DNA of 24,820 nucleotides from an uncultured Rhodospirillales bacterium. Lineage in GTDB: Bacteria > Pseudomonadota > Alphaproteobacteria > Acetobacterales > Acetobacteraceae. The position numbers and the translations under genes were made by a program. The stretch lies in assembly GCA_903932545.1 (NCBI GenBank), contig CAIZGT010000332.1:1-24820 (forward strand), given 5' to 3'. Below the pieces are notes generated by a model. It was given only the letters and a program-made list of their open reading frames with translations, was not told where the DNA came from and did no database searches. Below, piece by piece: positions 16,427-24,820 of this stretch (position 1 is its first letter; each line of letters starts with the position of its first letter).

Positions 16427-16714
16427 ATGTTCAATTCCTTCGGTAAATACTCACGCCGCAGTCTGCATGCGTCGGCCCTGCTGTTGTCGTTGGGCATCCC
16501 GGCGGTGGCGCAGGCGCCCGCCGAGCCGAGCAAAACCGAAAATGAGCGGCATGTGGTCCGCGACTGCAAAGCGGATTTCGCGCGGTTCTGCGCGAAGCAG
16601 CCAGACAAAACCGTGAGCGGGCGGGATCAGGCAACGTGTCTGAAATACTACAAAGCCGATTTAGCGCCCACCTGCCGAACTGCGGTGAGTGCCGTGGTTG
16701 CACCCAAATCCTAA
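16427..16714 (+). CDS. Small exported cysteine-rich-repeat protein (about 95 aa)
   Basis: ATG at 16427 (track start 16343 is probably too long); signal peptide with SRR; C-x7-C-x15-C-x11-C pattern. Confidence 0.72.
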   Translation: MFNSFGKYSRRSLHASALLLSLGIPAVAQAPAEPSKTENERHVVRDCKADFARFCAKQPDKTVSGRDQATCLKYYKADLAPTCRTAVSAVVAPKS

Positions 16715-16729
16715 AGGACCACCGCAAAC

Positions 16730-17986
16730 ATGGCCGCAGCCCCGCAACTTACCGGCCAGCCCGCCACCGTCATCGCGGTCCCCAAGGCCCGCGTGCAGTC
16801 TGAGCAGGTCCTCTATTTGAGTGCGGCGATCATGGCGATGTCGATGCTGTTGCAACGCTTTGGCCTGCCATTTGGCGGGCAAAGCATCAGCTTGGTTGGG
16901 CCGCTGGGGCTGTTGGTATTTGCCGCGTTTTTGTTGCGGGGCACGCTCGCCTTGGATCGCAAACGGGTGATTTTGTATCTCGCACTGGTCACCTGTGCGG
17001 TCCTTGGCATTGCGTGGCGTGCAGCAGGCTTGGGCTGGACGGGCGGAGAGGCGAGCAGTAATTCACTGCTGCAATTTCTGGTTCTCACCAGCGTCGCCAT
17101 GCTCACCTTCGCCGAGCCGGTGGATGAGACGCGGTTTTTCCGCGCCATCAACCAATTGTTCTTACTGATCGCACTCGCGGGCATGCTGCAATTTGCAGCG
17201 CAGTTTGTGGGGGTGCGGCTGTTCTCCTTCACCGGATTGCTGCCCGATGCAGCGTTGTTTGAGCAGGGCTACCACCTCGAAATCCCGGTCGGCGTTGGCG
17301 ATTTGCTGAAATCGAACGGGTTTTTCCTGGTCGAGCCTTCGGTATTTTCACAAGTGATGGCGTTGGCATTGATCATCGAATTGCTCGCGTTGCGCCGCCC
17401 GCTCTACTTGGCGGCCTTTGCAGCCGGGCTGTTGCTGGCATTTTCCGGCACCGGATGGATTGTGATTGCCACCTTCGTCATCACCGCCCCGCTCGGCATG
17501 GGCAGGCGCGGGTTGATGTTGGCTGCCGTGGTTGTGGCGCTGTTGTTGGCATTGGCAGGGCTTGCGGCGGTGCTCGCCCCGGATGTGATGGCGGTGTTTC
17601 AGGCGCGCCTGGACGAGATTTCCACTCCGGGCACCAGCGGCCATCTGCGCTTCATCACCCCGTTCTGGCTGCTGGGCGACGTGTTCACCGCATCGCCATC
17701 CGCCGCCTTGATTGGCATCGGCAGCGGGGCGGCCGAGCGGTTGACGATGCCGTATGAATACAACGTCAACACGCCGATCAAGATTGCCCTTGAATACGGC
17801 GTGCCCGCGCTGGTGGCTTACGTTCTGCTGTTCGCGATGGCGCGACGGACCGCGCTGCAATCCGCATTGGCGCTGCCCGCCATCGTGTTGTTTTTCTTCA
17901 CCGGCGGGTATCAGCAATTCCCGCCGATGATCTTCATGGTGTTGCTGCTGATATCGATTGCCCGATTGGCCCCGGCGCATCGTTAA
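16730..17986 (+). CDS. wzy: Putative Wzy polysaccharide polymerase / O-antigen ligase-like membrane protein
   Basis: 418 aa polytopic; GFFLVEPSVFSQ, LLLAFSGTG, periplasmic loop ARLDE..TSGHLRF, EYGVP; no other Wzy candidate in the locus. Confidence 0.72.
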   Translation: MAAAPQLTGQPATVIAVPKARVQSEQVLYLSAAIMAMSMLLQRFGLPFGGQSISLVGPLGLLVFAAFLLRGTLALDRKRVILYLALVTCAVLGIAWRAAGLGWTGGEASSNSLLQFLVLTSVAMLTFAEPVDETRFFRAINQLFLLIALAGMLQFAAQFVGVRLFSFTGLLPDAALFEQGYHLEIPVGVGDLLKSNGFFLVEPSVFSQVMALALIIELLALRRPLYLAAFAAGLLLAFSGTGWIVIATFVITAPLGMGRRGLMLAAVVVALLLALAGLAAVLAPDVMAVFQARLDEISTPGTSGHLRFITPFWLLGDVFTASPSAALIGIGSGAAERLTMPYEYNVNTPIKIALEYGVPALVAYVLLFAMARRTALQSALALPAIVLFFFTGGYQQFPPMIFMVLLLISIARLAPAHR

Positions 17987-19157
17987 CCAACGCGTAGAGC
18001 GCCTCGCGCATGTCCGGTCTGGCGCCAGCCGCGCGATAAACCGCCTCGGTTCCGCGCGCGATCTCCTGCCAAGGCGGCACCAATGCCGCGCGAATTCGCG
18101 CCTGTTTCGCGCATTCGGCGGCAAAGGCGCGGTCAGCAATCAGATGTTGCATCGCTTGGCTGAGTGCTCCCACATCGTCCGGTGGCACCAAATGCCCCTC
18201 GCGGCCGTCGAGCAAGGTTTCGCCAAAGCTGCCGAGGCGGGAGGCCACCACTGGGCGACCGCGCGCTAGGGCCAGAAACAACACGCCGCTGGCCTCGATT
18301 TCGCGATAGGGGAACACTGCCACAACGCCCGGCCCGAACAGCGCACCCACCTCCTCGTCGCGCACAAACCGCGGCTCGATGCTCACGCCGTCCGCAATGC
18401 CCGATACTAAGGCCAAGGCGTGCAGCGGGGCGAGGTCCATATAAGGTTTGCCAACGATGCGAATATGCGCCTGGTCGCGCAAATTCTTGGGCAAGCAGGC
18501 GAAAGCCCGGATCAACAGGTCCGCCCCCTTATAGTGTTTGATTTTGCCAAACAGCGTGAAGGTCAGGCGGCCGGTCATCGGATCGGCTGGCCCTGCCACA
18601 GGCTCGGTCAACAGCCCATGCGGCAACACCATCACGCGCTCTGGCGCGATGCCTTGCGCGAGCAGGCGGGCTTGCCCCTGTTCAGTGTGCACGATCAGAC
18701 GCGCAAACTTGCTTAAGCAATTCTGGTAGCCAAGGCTTTGCAAGCGCGAACTCGGCGCACCATTGAACGGGTCGGTGTCATGCACCGTCAGCACCAGCGG
18801 CGCGATCCGCGCCAATGCGTCAAGCGTCAGCTGGTCCACCAGCGGCAGCGCCAACCACTGAAAATGAATCACATCCGGCCTTTCCCGCCGCAACCGCCGC
18901 ACCAAAGCGCGCATCGACCACGCATGATCCACGCCCTTGATGCCAAGCCGCAAGGCAGAGGGCAGCGCCGCAACGATGCGGTGGTTGCTCAGGCGATAGA
19001 AATCCTCTGCCAGATTTGCCCCCCCTGTGGCACCGTCATGCGCCCCGGCGCGGCGACCATGCAGGGTGACTGCGTGCCCATTGCCCTGTAATCCACCAAG
19101 CAATGCGCGGTCATACGGCAACGTGAACAGCGATGGATCGATGATAGAAATGCGCAT
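17934..19157 (-). CDS. Glycosyltransferase family 4 (GT-B)
   Basis: True start ATG 19157 (MRISIIDPSLFT), TGATG-coupled to the upstream GT2. Motifs LVLTVHD, FGKIKHYKG, FPYREIEASGVLFLALARGRPVVASRLG. Confidence 0.92.
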   Translation of the reverse strand: MRISIIDPSLFTLPYDRALLGGLQGNGHAVTLHGRRAGAHDGATGGANLAEDFYRLSNHRIVAALPSALRLGIKGVDHAWSMRALVRRLRRERPDVIHFQWLALPLVDQLTLDALARIAPLVLTVHDTDPFNGAPSSRLQSLGYQNCLSKFARLIVHTEQGQARLLAQGIAPERVMVLPHGLLTEPVAGPADPMTGRLTFTLFGKIKHYKGADLLIRAFACLPKNLRDQAHIRIVGKPYMDLAPLHALALVSGIADGVSIEPRFVRDEEVGALFGPGVVAVFPYREIEASGVLFLALARGRPVVASRLGSFGETLLDGREGHLVPPDDVGALSQAMQHLIADRAFAAECAKQARIRAALVPPWQEIARGTEAVYRAAGARPDMREALYALVNDAPGPIGQSISAATP

Positions 19158-20332
19158 CAGGCGGTTACCTCCGGCGAAACCGCAGGAGCGAGGCGTGATG
19201 AACCCGGCGGGCTCCAAGTTTGGAAGCGTTGGCCGCGCACCGAATACCAAACGCCAATTCCGGTTGCCACAAACGCCGAGAGGATCGAGCGCACCGCCAA
19301 AATCGGCCCGCGCGTTGCTGTCGCCAACAGGATCGCAGCCAGCAAACCAACGCCGACCACCACGGCCAAAACCGTCCATGCCTGCGCCAACACCAAGCCC
19401 GCGATGAGCGTAAAGGCGCTTGCCGCCAGCAGGTAGATCACCAGCCAGCGCAGCAATTTGTGTGAGACGTATTTGTATTGATCGATCAGCCCCAACCGCC
19501 GCAATTTCGGGCTCAAGGCGCGATGGACATTGAACGCCTGGCACGCGATGCGGATCTTGCGACGGAACTCTTCCTGCGGCTGCGACACCCCATCTTCAAA
19601 CGCATGCGCCTGCGCCGCGCGCACCACGCGGCCGCCATTGCACAGCACCATCAGCGAGACATACATATCGTCAATCAAATCCGCCGGTGGCGCGCGATGG
19701 CTTGAACGACGCAGCGCAAAGATCGAACCATCCGCCCCGATGATCGACCCGCTGACACTTTCCAACCGTTTAATCTGCTCCTCCAGCCGCCAATACAGCG
19801 ATCCGGTGGCAGCCGTCGCATTGCCGTCAGACGCGCCATAACGCAGATGGCCACACACCAAGCCGATACCGGGGTCGGCAAATGGGGCCAACAAATGGTC
19901 AATTGCGTCAGGCGCAAACATCACGTTGGCATCACTGAACACCAAGCATTCAGCATCCGTCATGCCGACCAACAGGTTCATCCCATGGGTTTTGCCCATG
20001 CGTTGCGGCGAGTTGATCACGCTCAGTTCGGGGTAATATCCGCCGAGAATCTCTGCCGTGCGGTCGCTTGCGGCATCGACGTAAACCAGGATTTCCATGT
20101 GCGGATACGAAGCCCGCAACGCCAGCATGTTCTCCACCTTGGCGCGGATCACCTTCTCCTCGTTATAGGCACACACGCACAGCGCCACACTGCGCGGCGG
20201 TTGACCGCGCCTGAACGGGCGGCGGCGCAGACGGGCCAACGCCATCAGGCTCAGCGGATAGGAGGTGAAAGGGTGAAGTGCGAGCGCCAGCAGCATCACA
20301 CTCGCGGCGATCAGCCAAAAACTTACGGACAT
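19157..20332 (-). CDS. Glycosyltransferase family 2, membrane-anchored
   Basis: CAYNEE, YVDAASD, VFSDAN, GADGSIFALR, LIDD, EEFRRKIRI; TM helices at both ends; GGAG RBS. Confidence 0.93.
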   Translation of the reverse strand: MSVSFWLIAASVMLLALALHPFTSYPLSLMALARLRRRPFRRGQPPRSVALCVCAYNEEKVIRAKVENMLALRASYPHMEILVYVDAASDRTAEILGGYYPELSVINSPQRMGKTHGMNLLVGMTDAECLVFSDANVMFAPDAIDHLLAPFADPGIGLVCGHLRYGASDGNATAATGSLYWRLEEQIKRLESVSGSIIGADGSIFALRRSSHRAPPADLIDDMYVSLMVLCNGGRVVRAAQAHAFEDGVSQPQEEFRRKIRIACQAFNVHRALSPKLRRLGLIDQYKYVSHKLLRWLVIYLLAASAFTLIAGLVLAQAWTVLAVVVGVGLLAAILLATATRGPILAVRSILSAFVATGIGVWYSVRGQRFQTWSPPGSSRLAPAVSPEVTA

Positions 20333-20371
20333 GTTGGTTCTCCAGCGTGATGGTGTGGCGGCGTTTTGGGA

Positions 20372-22588
20372 TCAGGCTGCGTTGATCATCACCATCGCCA
20401 AGGGTGCCGCATTGCCGTGGCTCAGCTTTGTCGCTGCCTCAAGCACGTCCGATTGCTCGGTTCGCGGGTCCACCAGCAGAACGGTGGCATCGGTGCGCAG
20501 CACCAAAGTCGCCGTGTCCGTGGCATTGGCGGCAGGGGCATCCATCACCACCAGGTCGTAATCCTGCTTGGCTTCGACCAGCAGATTTTGAAACCCGACG
20601 CTGCTGAGCAGCCGATGGCTGTTGGCGATTTTGCCGCTGACGAGCAGCAGATCGAGCGGGCTGTCAAAATCCGCCTCAATCGCATCGCGCCAGTCCATCC
20701 GGCCTTCCAGCACGTCTGAAAGCCCGTTCATGTCAGTGCTCAGCAGGCTTGCGATGGTCGGAGCGCCCAGATTGCCTTCAATCAACAGCACCCGCTCGCC
20801 ATCGGCGGCAGCTACGCGGGCGAAGGCTGCGGCAATTGAGGCAGCAGGATTGCCACGCGCTTCCACCGCATCGCTAAACACCACGCAGCGTGGTGCCTTA
20901 TTGCGCCCGATAAACCGCAACTTGGCTCGCAGCTTTCGCATCGCCTCCGCCGCCGGGCCGGTGGGCGCGGTGATCACTTGGGCAACAAGCGCCCGTCGGC
21001 CTGATGTGGTGCCTGATTGCGTGAATGAACGCGGGAAGCTCGCCAGCACCGGAAGGCCGGTGGCCCGCATCAGGTCGGGGCCAGACTCGAACACGTCCAC
21101 GCTGCTCCGGCGGGTGAAGGCAAGCAGGCAGCCGATCAGCAACCCGCTCAATCCGCCCGCGCCAGTGATCATCTTCACATTCGGCCCGGATGGGCTGCCC
21201 GGTGCCACTGCGGCGCTGAGAATGCGCACGTCTGGCGTCTCTGTCCCGCTCGGTTGCGCCACCGTCTGCTGGCCGCGTGAGAGCAGTGTTTGGTAAAGAT
21301 TGCGCCGTGTGGTGGCTTCTTGCTGCAATTCGGCGAGCTTGGCCTGCGCATTTTCGGTCTGCACCGCACCTTGGCGGGCGTCAGCAAGCTGGCGTTTGAT
21401 ATCCGCCTCTTGCTCACGCGCCACCCGCAGCTGCGCCCCCATTGATGCCACGATGCGCTGCACTTCGCCCCCAATCTGGTTGCGCGTTGCATTCAGATCG
21501 GCATTGGCCGCGCGCATCGGCGGATAATCCGCCCCATAGCGCGACGACAATTCTGCCACTCGACGAGACGCCACACTCTCTTGTTCGCGCAAACGCGAGA
21601 TGGTGGGCGAACCCAACACGCCCGCCAACGCATCCGACATGCCCTGTTTGGACAGCGTATTGGCGCGGTCCCAATTGGCTTCCAACTGCGCGCGCTCCAC
21701 ACTGGCGCGGGCTGCGGCGGAGGCCAGTTCCTCAAGCTGCTGCTGCCCCACACTGCCCGCGCGCAAGCCCACCAATTGGCTGTTGGTGCGCAGTTCGAGC
21801 ATCTGTTTTTCGATGCCCTCCACGTCGGTCTTGGCCTGTTGAATGCGCTGAAGCATCACATCATTCGCCCCGCGATTGGCGTCGATCCGCCGTGCCGCGC
21901 GGCCTTCGATGTAGGTGGCGATCAGTGTGTTCACCACATCAGCGGCCCGTTGAGGGCTTTGTGCGGTAAAGGAGGTGGAGATCACCAAGCTGCGGTTATC
22001 TTGGAACACCGCCAAAGCTTTGGTGACCTTGTCCAACACCGCCTCATTGATGCTCGCTTGGCTCAAACCGGCACTGGCGACGCTGAACGGAAGCCACGAT
22101 TCCACGTTGTGCTTGATCGCCTGCGCCGTGCCGCGAGGTTGCAGCGCCTCGTTGAATTCCGGGTCGCGGTCCAACCCCAAGCGGGTGATCACGGTTTGCA
22201 CTTGGGCGCGGGAGGTCAGCGCCTGCACTTCAGTTCGCACCCATGGCATCGGGTCAGGCGCGTTTTCACCACGCAAAGCGCCTTGTAATTCCGGGATCAC
22301 AAACCGCTCGCCCTCCACCGTGATGGCGCTGGAAGCGACGTAGGTTTTTGGTAAGGACTGCGCCAACACAAAGGCACCTCCGCCACCGATCACCGCACAT
22401 GTCCCAATCAGCCACGCGTGGTGGGCCAGCAATTTGCCAATTTGGGGCAATTGCAAAACACCGCCCTTGTCGCGCGTGTCAGGCAAGGCTGCGGCGGTGA
22501 GAGGGAGGTCCATCACTTTTTTTCCAATGCTGTTGGTTGGCCCGAAGGGGCGGGGCCCGCGTGTGGGGCTATAGGTTGGGGAGGACAT
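20372..22588 (-). CDS. wzc: Wzc/GumC-type polysaccharide co-polymerase with degenerate (pseudo)kinase domain
   Basis: Wzz-like N-terminal TM (LPKTYVASSAI), coiled-coil periplasmic domain, RILSAAVAPGSPSGP plus second TM, AEAMRKLRAKL. The kinase-fold C-terminus has altered motifs. Confidence 0.9.
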   Translation of the reverse strand: MSSPTYSPTRGPRPFGPTNSIGKKVMDLPLTAAALPDTRDKGGVLQLPQIGKLLAHHAWLIGTCAVIGGGGAFVLAQSLPKTYVASSAITVEGERFVIPELQGALRGENAPDPMPWVRTEVQALTSRAQVQTVITRLGLDRDPEFNEALQPRGTAQAIKHNVESWLPFSVASAGLSQASINEAVLDKVTKALAVFQDNRSLVISTSFTAQSPQRAADVVNTLIATYIEGRAARRIDANRGANDVMLQRIQQAKTDVEGIEKQMLELRTNSQLVGLRAGSVGQQQLEELASAAARASVERAQLEANWDRANTLSKQGMSDALAGVLGSPTISRLREQESVASRRVAELSSRYGADYPPMRAANADLNATRNQIGGEVQRIVASMGAQLRVAREQEADIKRQLADARQGAVQTENAQAKLAELQQEATTRRNLYQTLLSRGQQTVAQPSGTETPDVRILSAAVAPGSPSGPNVKMITGAGGLSGLLIGCLLAFTRRSSVDVFESGPDLMRATGLPVLASFPRSFTQSGTTSGRRALVAQVITAPTGPAAEAMRKLRAKLRFIGRNKAPRCVVFSDAVEARGNPAASIAAAFARVAAADGERVLLIEGNLGAPTIASLLSTDMNGLSDVLEGRMDWRDAIEADFDSPLDLLLVSGKIANSHRLLSSVGFQNLLVEAKQDYDLVVMDAPAANATDTATLVLRTDATVLLVDPRTEQSDVLEAATKLSHGNAAPLAMVMINAA

Positions 22589-23940
22589 CAGGCGCGCGAT
22601 GCAAAGCTATGCAGCGACAATGTCGGCAATATCGTGATGGCCTCAGCGCGGAGTGCGACCTGCGGCGCTTCATGCGCCGCTGCATGCAGCAACACGTGGT
22701 GCATCAGGTTGCGCTCAGCAAACACGTAGAGGCCGGAGCAGATGCCGTAGGGTTGCAACACTTGCGCGGCCTGCAGACGCGCCCAGCAATTCGACGACAC
22801 GAAATATCCGCCGATGCTCACACCGCCCTGTTCGGCGGGCAACACGCTGAGCCGCCCCCAGGCATCTTGCCCAGCGGTGGCCACATGACGCAGCGCCGCG
22901 AGCATTTCGCGGTCCTGGCCGTTGGCGGTAAGTTCGGAAAATAGCACCAACACCCGCGGATTGGCGTCGGCCAGCAGGCCTGCCACCGCAGTGTCGAAAT
23001 CAGCATCAGATACCAAAGTATCATCACGCTGAGCCGTGGCCTGTGCCAGTCGCAGCGCCAGTAATTGCGCCATATACGGCATGCCGCGCGCCAGCTCGAC
23101 AACCCGCGCCACGGCGGTTGGCATGAAAGTAAAGCCGGTCTCGCGCGCACCTTTGGCCATCAGCGCTGCCACATCTTGGTCGCTGAACAACGGCAAATGC
23201 ACGCCCACAACGTTGCGCTGAATCGACGGATGCTGGCCCAAAATCTGATCCAGATTTTCGGACACGCCAACAATCAGAAACCGCAAACCCACATCCCGAT
23301 CCGACAGCTGCTTGATGGCGTCAGCGATGCGTGTGCGGGTGGCAGGGGCGAGCACGCGGTCGAATTCGTCGATCACGCACACCAGGCTGTTGCAAAGCAG
23401 GCGGGAGGGCAGGGCGCAAACATCGCCCGGGCGCAGCTCACGGTTTGGCAGGGCATGCTCACACCCTTCAGTGTCTGCACCACCATCCGGCACCGCCAAC
23501 AGCGAAGACGGCAAATCGCGCATCAGGCCGCGCAGAATGCTATCGAAATTGCTGTCGGCATCACAAGTGTGACGCGCCACCACCACGTCGGATTGGCGCA
23601 GGGTTTCCACCACCATATTGGTGAGCGAGGTTTTGCCCCGACCGCGCTCGGCATACAGCACCACATGGGCGCAATCTTCCTGCAATGCCTGCAAAATTCG
23701 TGTCAGTTCCGGCTGACGTCCGACCAATTGCCGCCGACCATGGCGCGGCTGGGTTGGGGTGAACGCGCGGGACGGCGCCACCAATCGATCCGGCCGCCGC
23801 GCCGCCGCAAGCATCGGCTCTTGCCGCATGCCGGACAGGCTGGGCACAACGCCCATATTCGCCCGGTGCAGTTCAGATGGCTTTTTTTGCAGCCCAAAGA
23901 AACGAAGAAGACCCACGATACCCTCGCTTTGCTGGCTCAT
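22588..23940 (-). CDS. Stand-alone STAND/ORC-Cdc6-like AAA+ ATPase (about 450 aa)
   Basis: Likely ATG 23940. FTPTQP..LVGRQPEL, Walker A AERGRGKTS (23629-23652), Walker B CVIDEFD, GMPYMAQLL (GxP motif); TGATG overlap with wzc. Confidence 0.88.
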   Translation of the reverse strand: MSQQSEGIVGLLRFFGLQKKPSELHRANMGVVPSLSGMRQEPMLAAARRPDRLVAPSRAFTPTQPRHGRRQLVGRQPELTRILQALQEDCAHVVLYAERGRGKTSLTNMVVETLRQSDVVVARHTCDADSNFDSILRGLMRDLPSSLLAVPDGGADTEGCEHALPNRELRPGDVCALPSRLLCNSLVCVIDEFDRVLAPATRTRIADAIKQLSDRDVGLRFLIVGVSENLDQILGQHPSIQRNVVGVHLPLFSDQDVAALMAKGARETGFTFMPTAVARVVELARGMPYMAQLLALRLAQATAQRDDTLVSDADFDTAVAGLLADANPRVLVLFSELTANGQDREMLAALRHVATAGQDAWGRLSVLPAEQGGVSIGGYFVSSNCWARLQAAQVLQPYGICSGLYVFAERNLMHHVLLHAAAHEAPQVALRAEAITILPTLSLHSFASRA

Positions 23941-23980
23941 CGCTGAGCCGTTCGCCGTGCAGTTGTGTGCAGGCCTTGGT

Positions 23981-24793
23981 TCAGCAGGCGCCACGACGGC
24001 GGATGACGGCGGGAATCGTGCGGGCGAGGATGGCGAAATCCCGCCAGATGCTCCACGTGCTGACATACTGCGTGTCCAGCGCCACACGCTGGGCATAGGA
24101 CGTGTCTGACCGGCCGCTGACCTGCCAAAGTCCGGTCAGCCCAGGTCGGCCGGCGAAATATTGTGCGATGTTATCGCCGTAGCGCGGCACTTCATCAGCA
24201 ACGATTGGGCGTGGCCCGACCAAGCTCATGTCGAGGCGAAGCACGTTGATCAGTTGCGGGATCTCATCAAGACTGGAAGCGCGCAGCAGACGACCAATTG
24301 CGGTGATGCGCGGATCGTTCTTGAGCTTTTGCGTCTCCCGCCATTCGGCCGCCGCTATTGGGTCGGCTTTCAGCAGTTGCGCCAATATATCGGCGCTGTT
24401 GGTGGTCATGGAGCGGAATTTCAGACAGTTGAACTTACGCCCACCGCGGCCGATGCGGGTGTGGGCGAAAAAGACCGGGCCGCCGTCGATTTTCACGGCA
24501 ATCGCGATCAATCCCAGCAATGGCGAAAGCACGGCAATCCCTGCCAATGCTGCAGAGATGTCAAACACCACCTTGGCGGCCCGCGCCACCGAGCGCGGGG
24601 CCGCATGATAGTGTTGCACCTGCTCGGTCTCGTGTGGCGAAACCCAGTTTTGTTCGCCATCAAACGATACTTTGGCAGTATTCCGCTGGGTCCGCGTCAG
24701 CCATCTTTTGAGATCAACAATCCCGGTTGGTCGTAGATCATCTTCTGAACAAACGCGGTAACTTGGGCTATTAATATCTATAATTTTATCCAT
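23981..24793 (-). CDS. exoY: Priming polyprenyl-phosphate sugar-1-phosphate transferase (ExoY/WbaP C-terminal type)
   Basis: KVVFDI..single TM..GGPVFFAHTRIGRGGRKFNCLKFRSM, DPRITAIGRLLRASSLDEIPQLINVLRLDMSLVGPRP, RPGLTGLWQVSGRS; AGGAG RBS at 24802-24806. The exoY symbol and sugar specificity are inferred. Confidence 0.93.
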   Translation of the reverse strand: MDKIIDINSPSYRVCSEDDLRPTGIVDLKRWLTRTQRNTAKVSFDGEQNWVSPHETEQVQHYHAAPRSVARAAKVVFDISAALAGIAVLSPLLGLIAIAVKIDGGPVFFAHTRIGRGGRKFNCLKFRSMTTNSADILAQLLKADPIAAAEWRETQKLKNDPRITAIGRLLRASSLDEIPQLINVLRLDMSLVGPRPIVADEVPRYGDNIAQYFAGRPGLTGLWQVSGRSDTSYAQRVALDTQYVSTWSIWRDFAILARTIPAVIRRRGAC

Positions 24794-24820
24794 TATATTA
24801 ACTCCTGACGATATAAGAGA

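Noticed and set aside
19158-19544. N-terminal 129-aa extension of the GT4 ORF in the track
   Set aside because: It overlaps the GT2 gene in another frame; ATG 19157 gives a typical GT4 start with TGATG coupling.
14821-23946. Long alternative ORFs (14821..15429 +, 17348..18139 -, 21581..22288 +, 23065..23946 +)
   Set aside because: Antisense ORFs opposite well-supported genes, as expected in GC-rich DNA; no recognisable motifs.
23941-24096. N-terminal extension of the ATPase ORF
   Set aside because: It overlaps the exoY 3' end; ATG 23940 avoids the overlap.
24812-24820. Terminal TATAAGAGA resembling part of the Nextera mosaic end
   Set aside because: Only 9 nt, the flanking bases do not match, and the orientation is unexpected for 3' read-through; probably coincidence.

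Overview
GC-rich bacterial DNA with short AT-rich intergenic gaps. The gene content suggests an alphaproteobacterium, possibly Acetobacteraceae-like (inference only). The window is mostly one Wzx/Wzy-dependent exopolysaccharide (EPS) locus. It holds an ExoY/WbaP-type priming transferase, a Wzc/GumC-type co-polymerase, a Wzy-like polymerase, a Wzx flippase, a short Wza/OPX lipoprotein, an outer-membrane beta-barrel, two GT2s and one GT4. Interleaved are two GH16 glycanases (one is 1042 aa with six CBM60-like repeats), a lytic transglycosylase, two Crp/Fnr regulators, an HWE kinase/single-domain receiver pair and several uncharacterised small genes. Most notable is a stand-alone STAND/ORC-like AAA+ ATPase between the priming transferase and wzc. 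It is translationally coupled (TGATG) to a Wzc whose kinase domain has lost Walker A and the C-terminal Tyr cluster. The same locus has an OPX lacking its outer-membrane helix plus a separate beta-barrel. Positions 1-92 are a fold-back copy of 212-303, most likely a chimeric contig end; it truncates a GT2 gene that the ORF track missed. No rRNA, tRNA, CRISPR array or transposase was recognised. All family assignments come from motif reading, not database searches.
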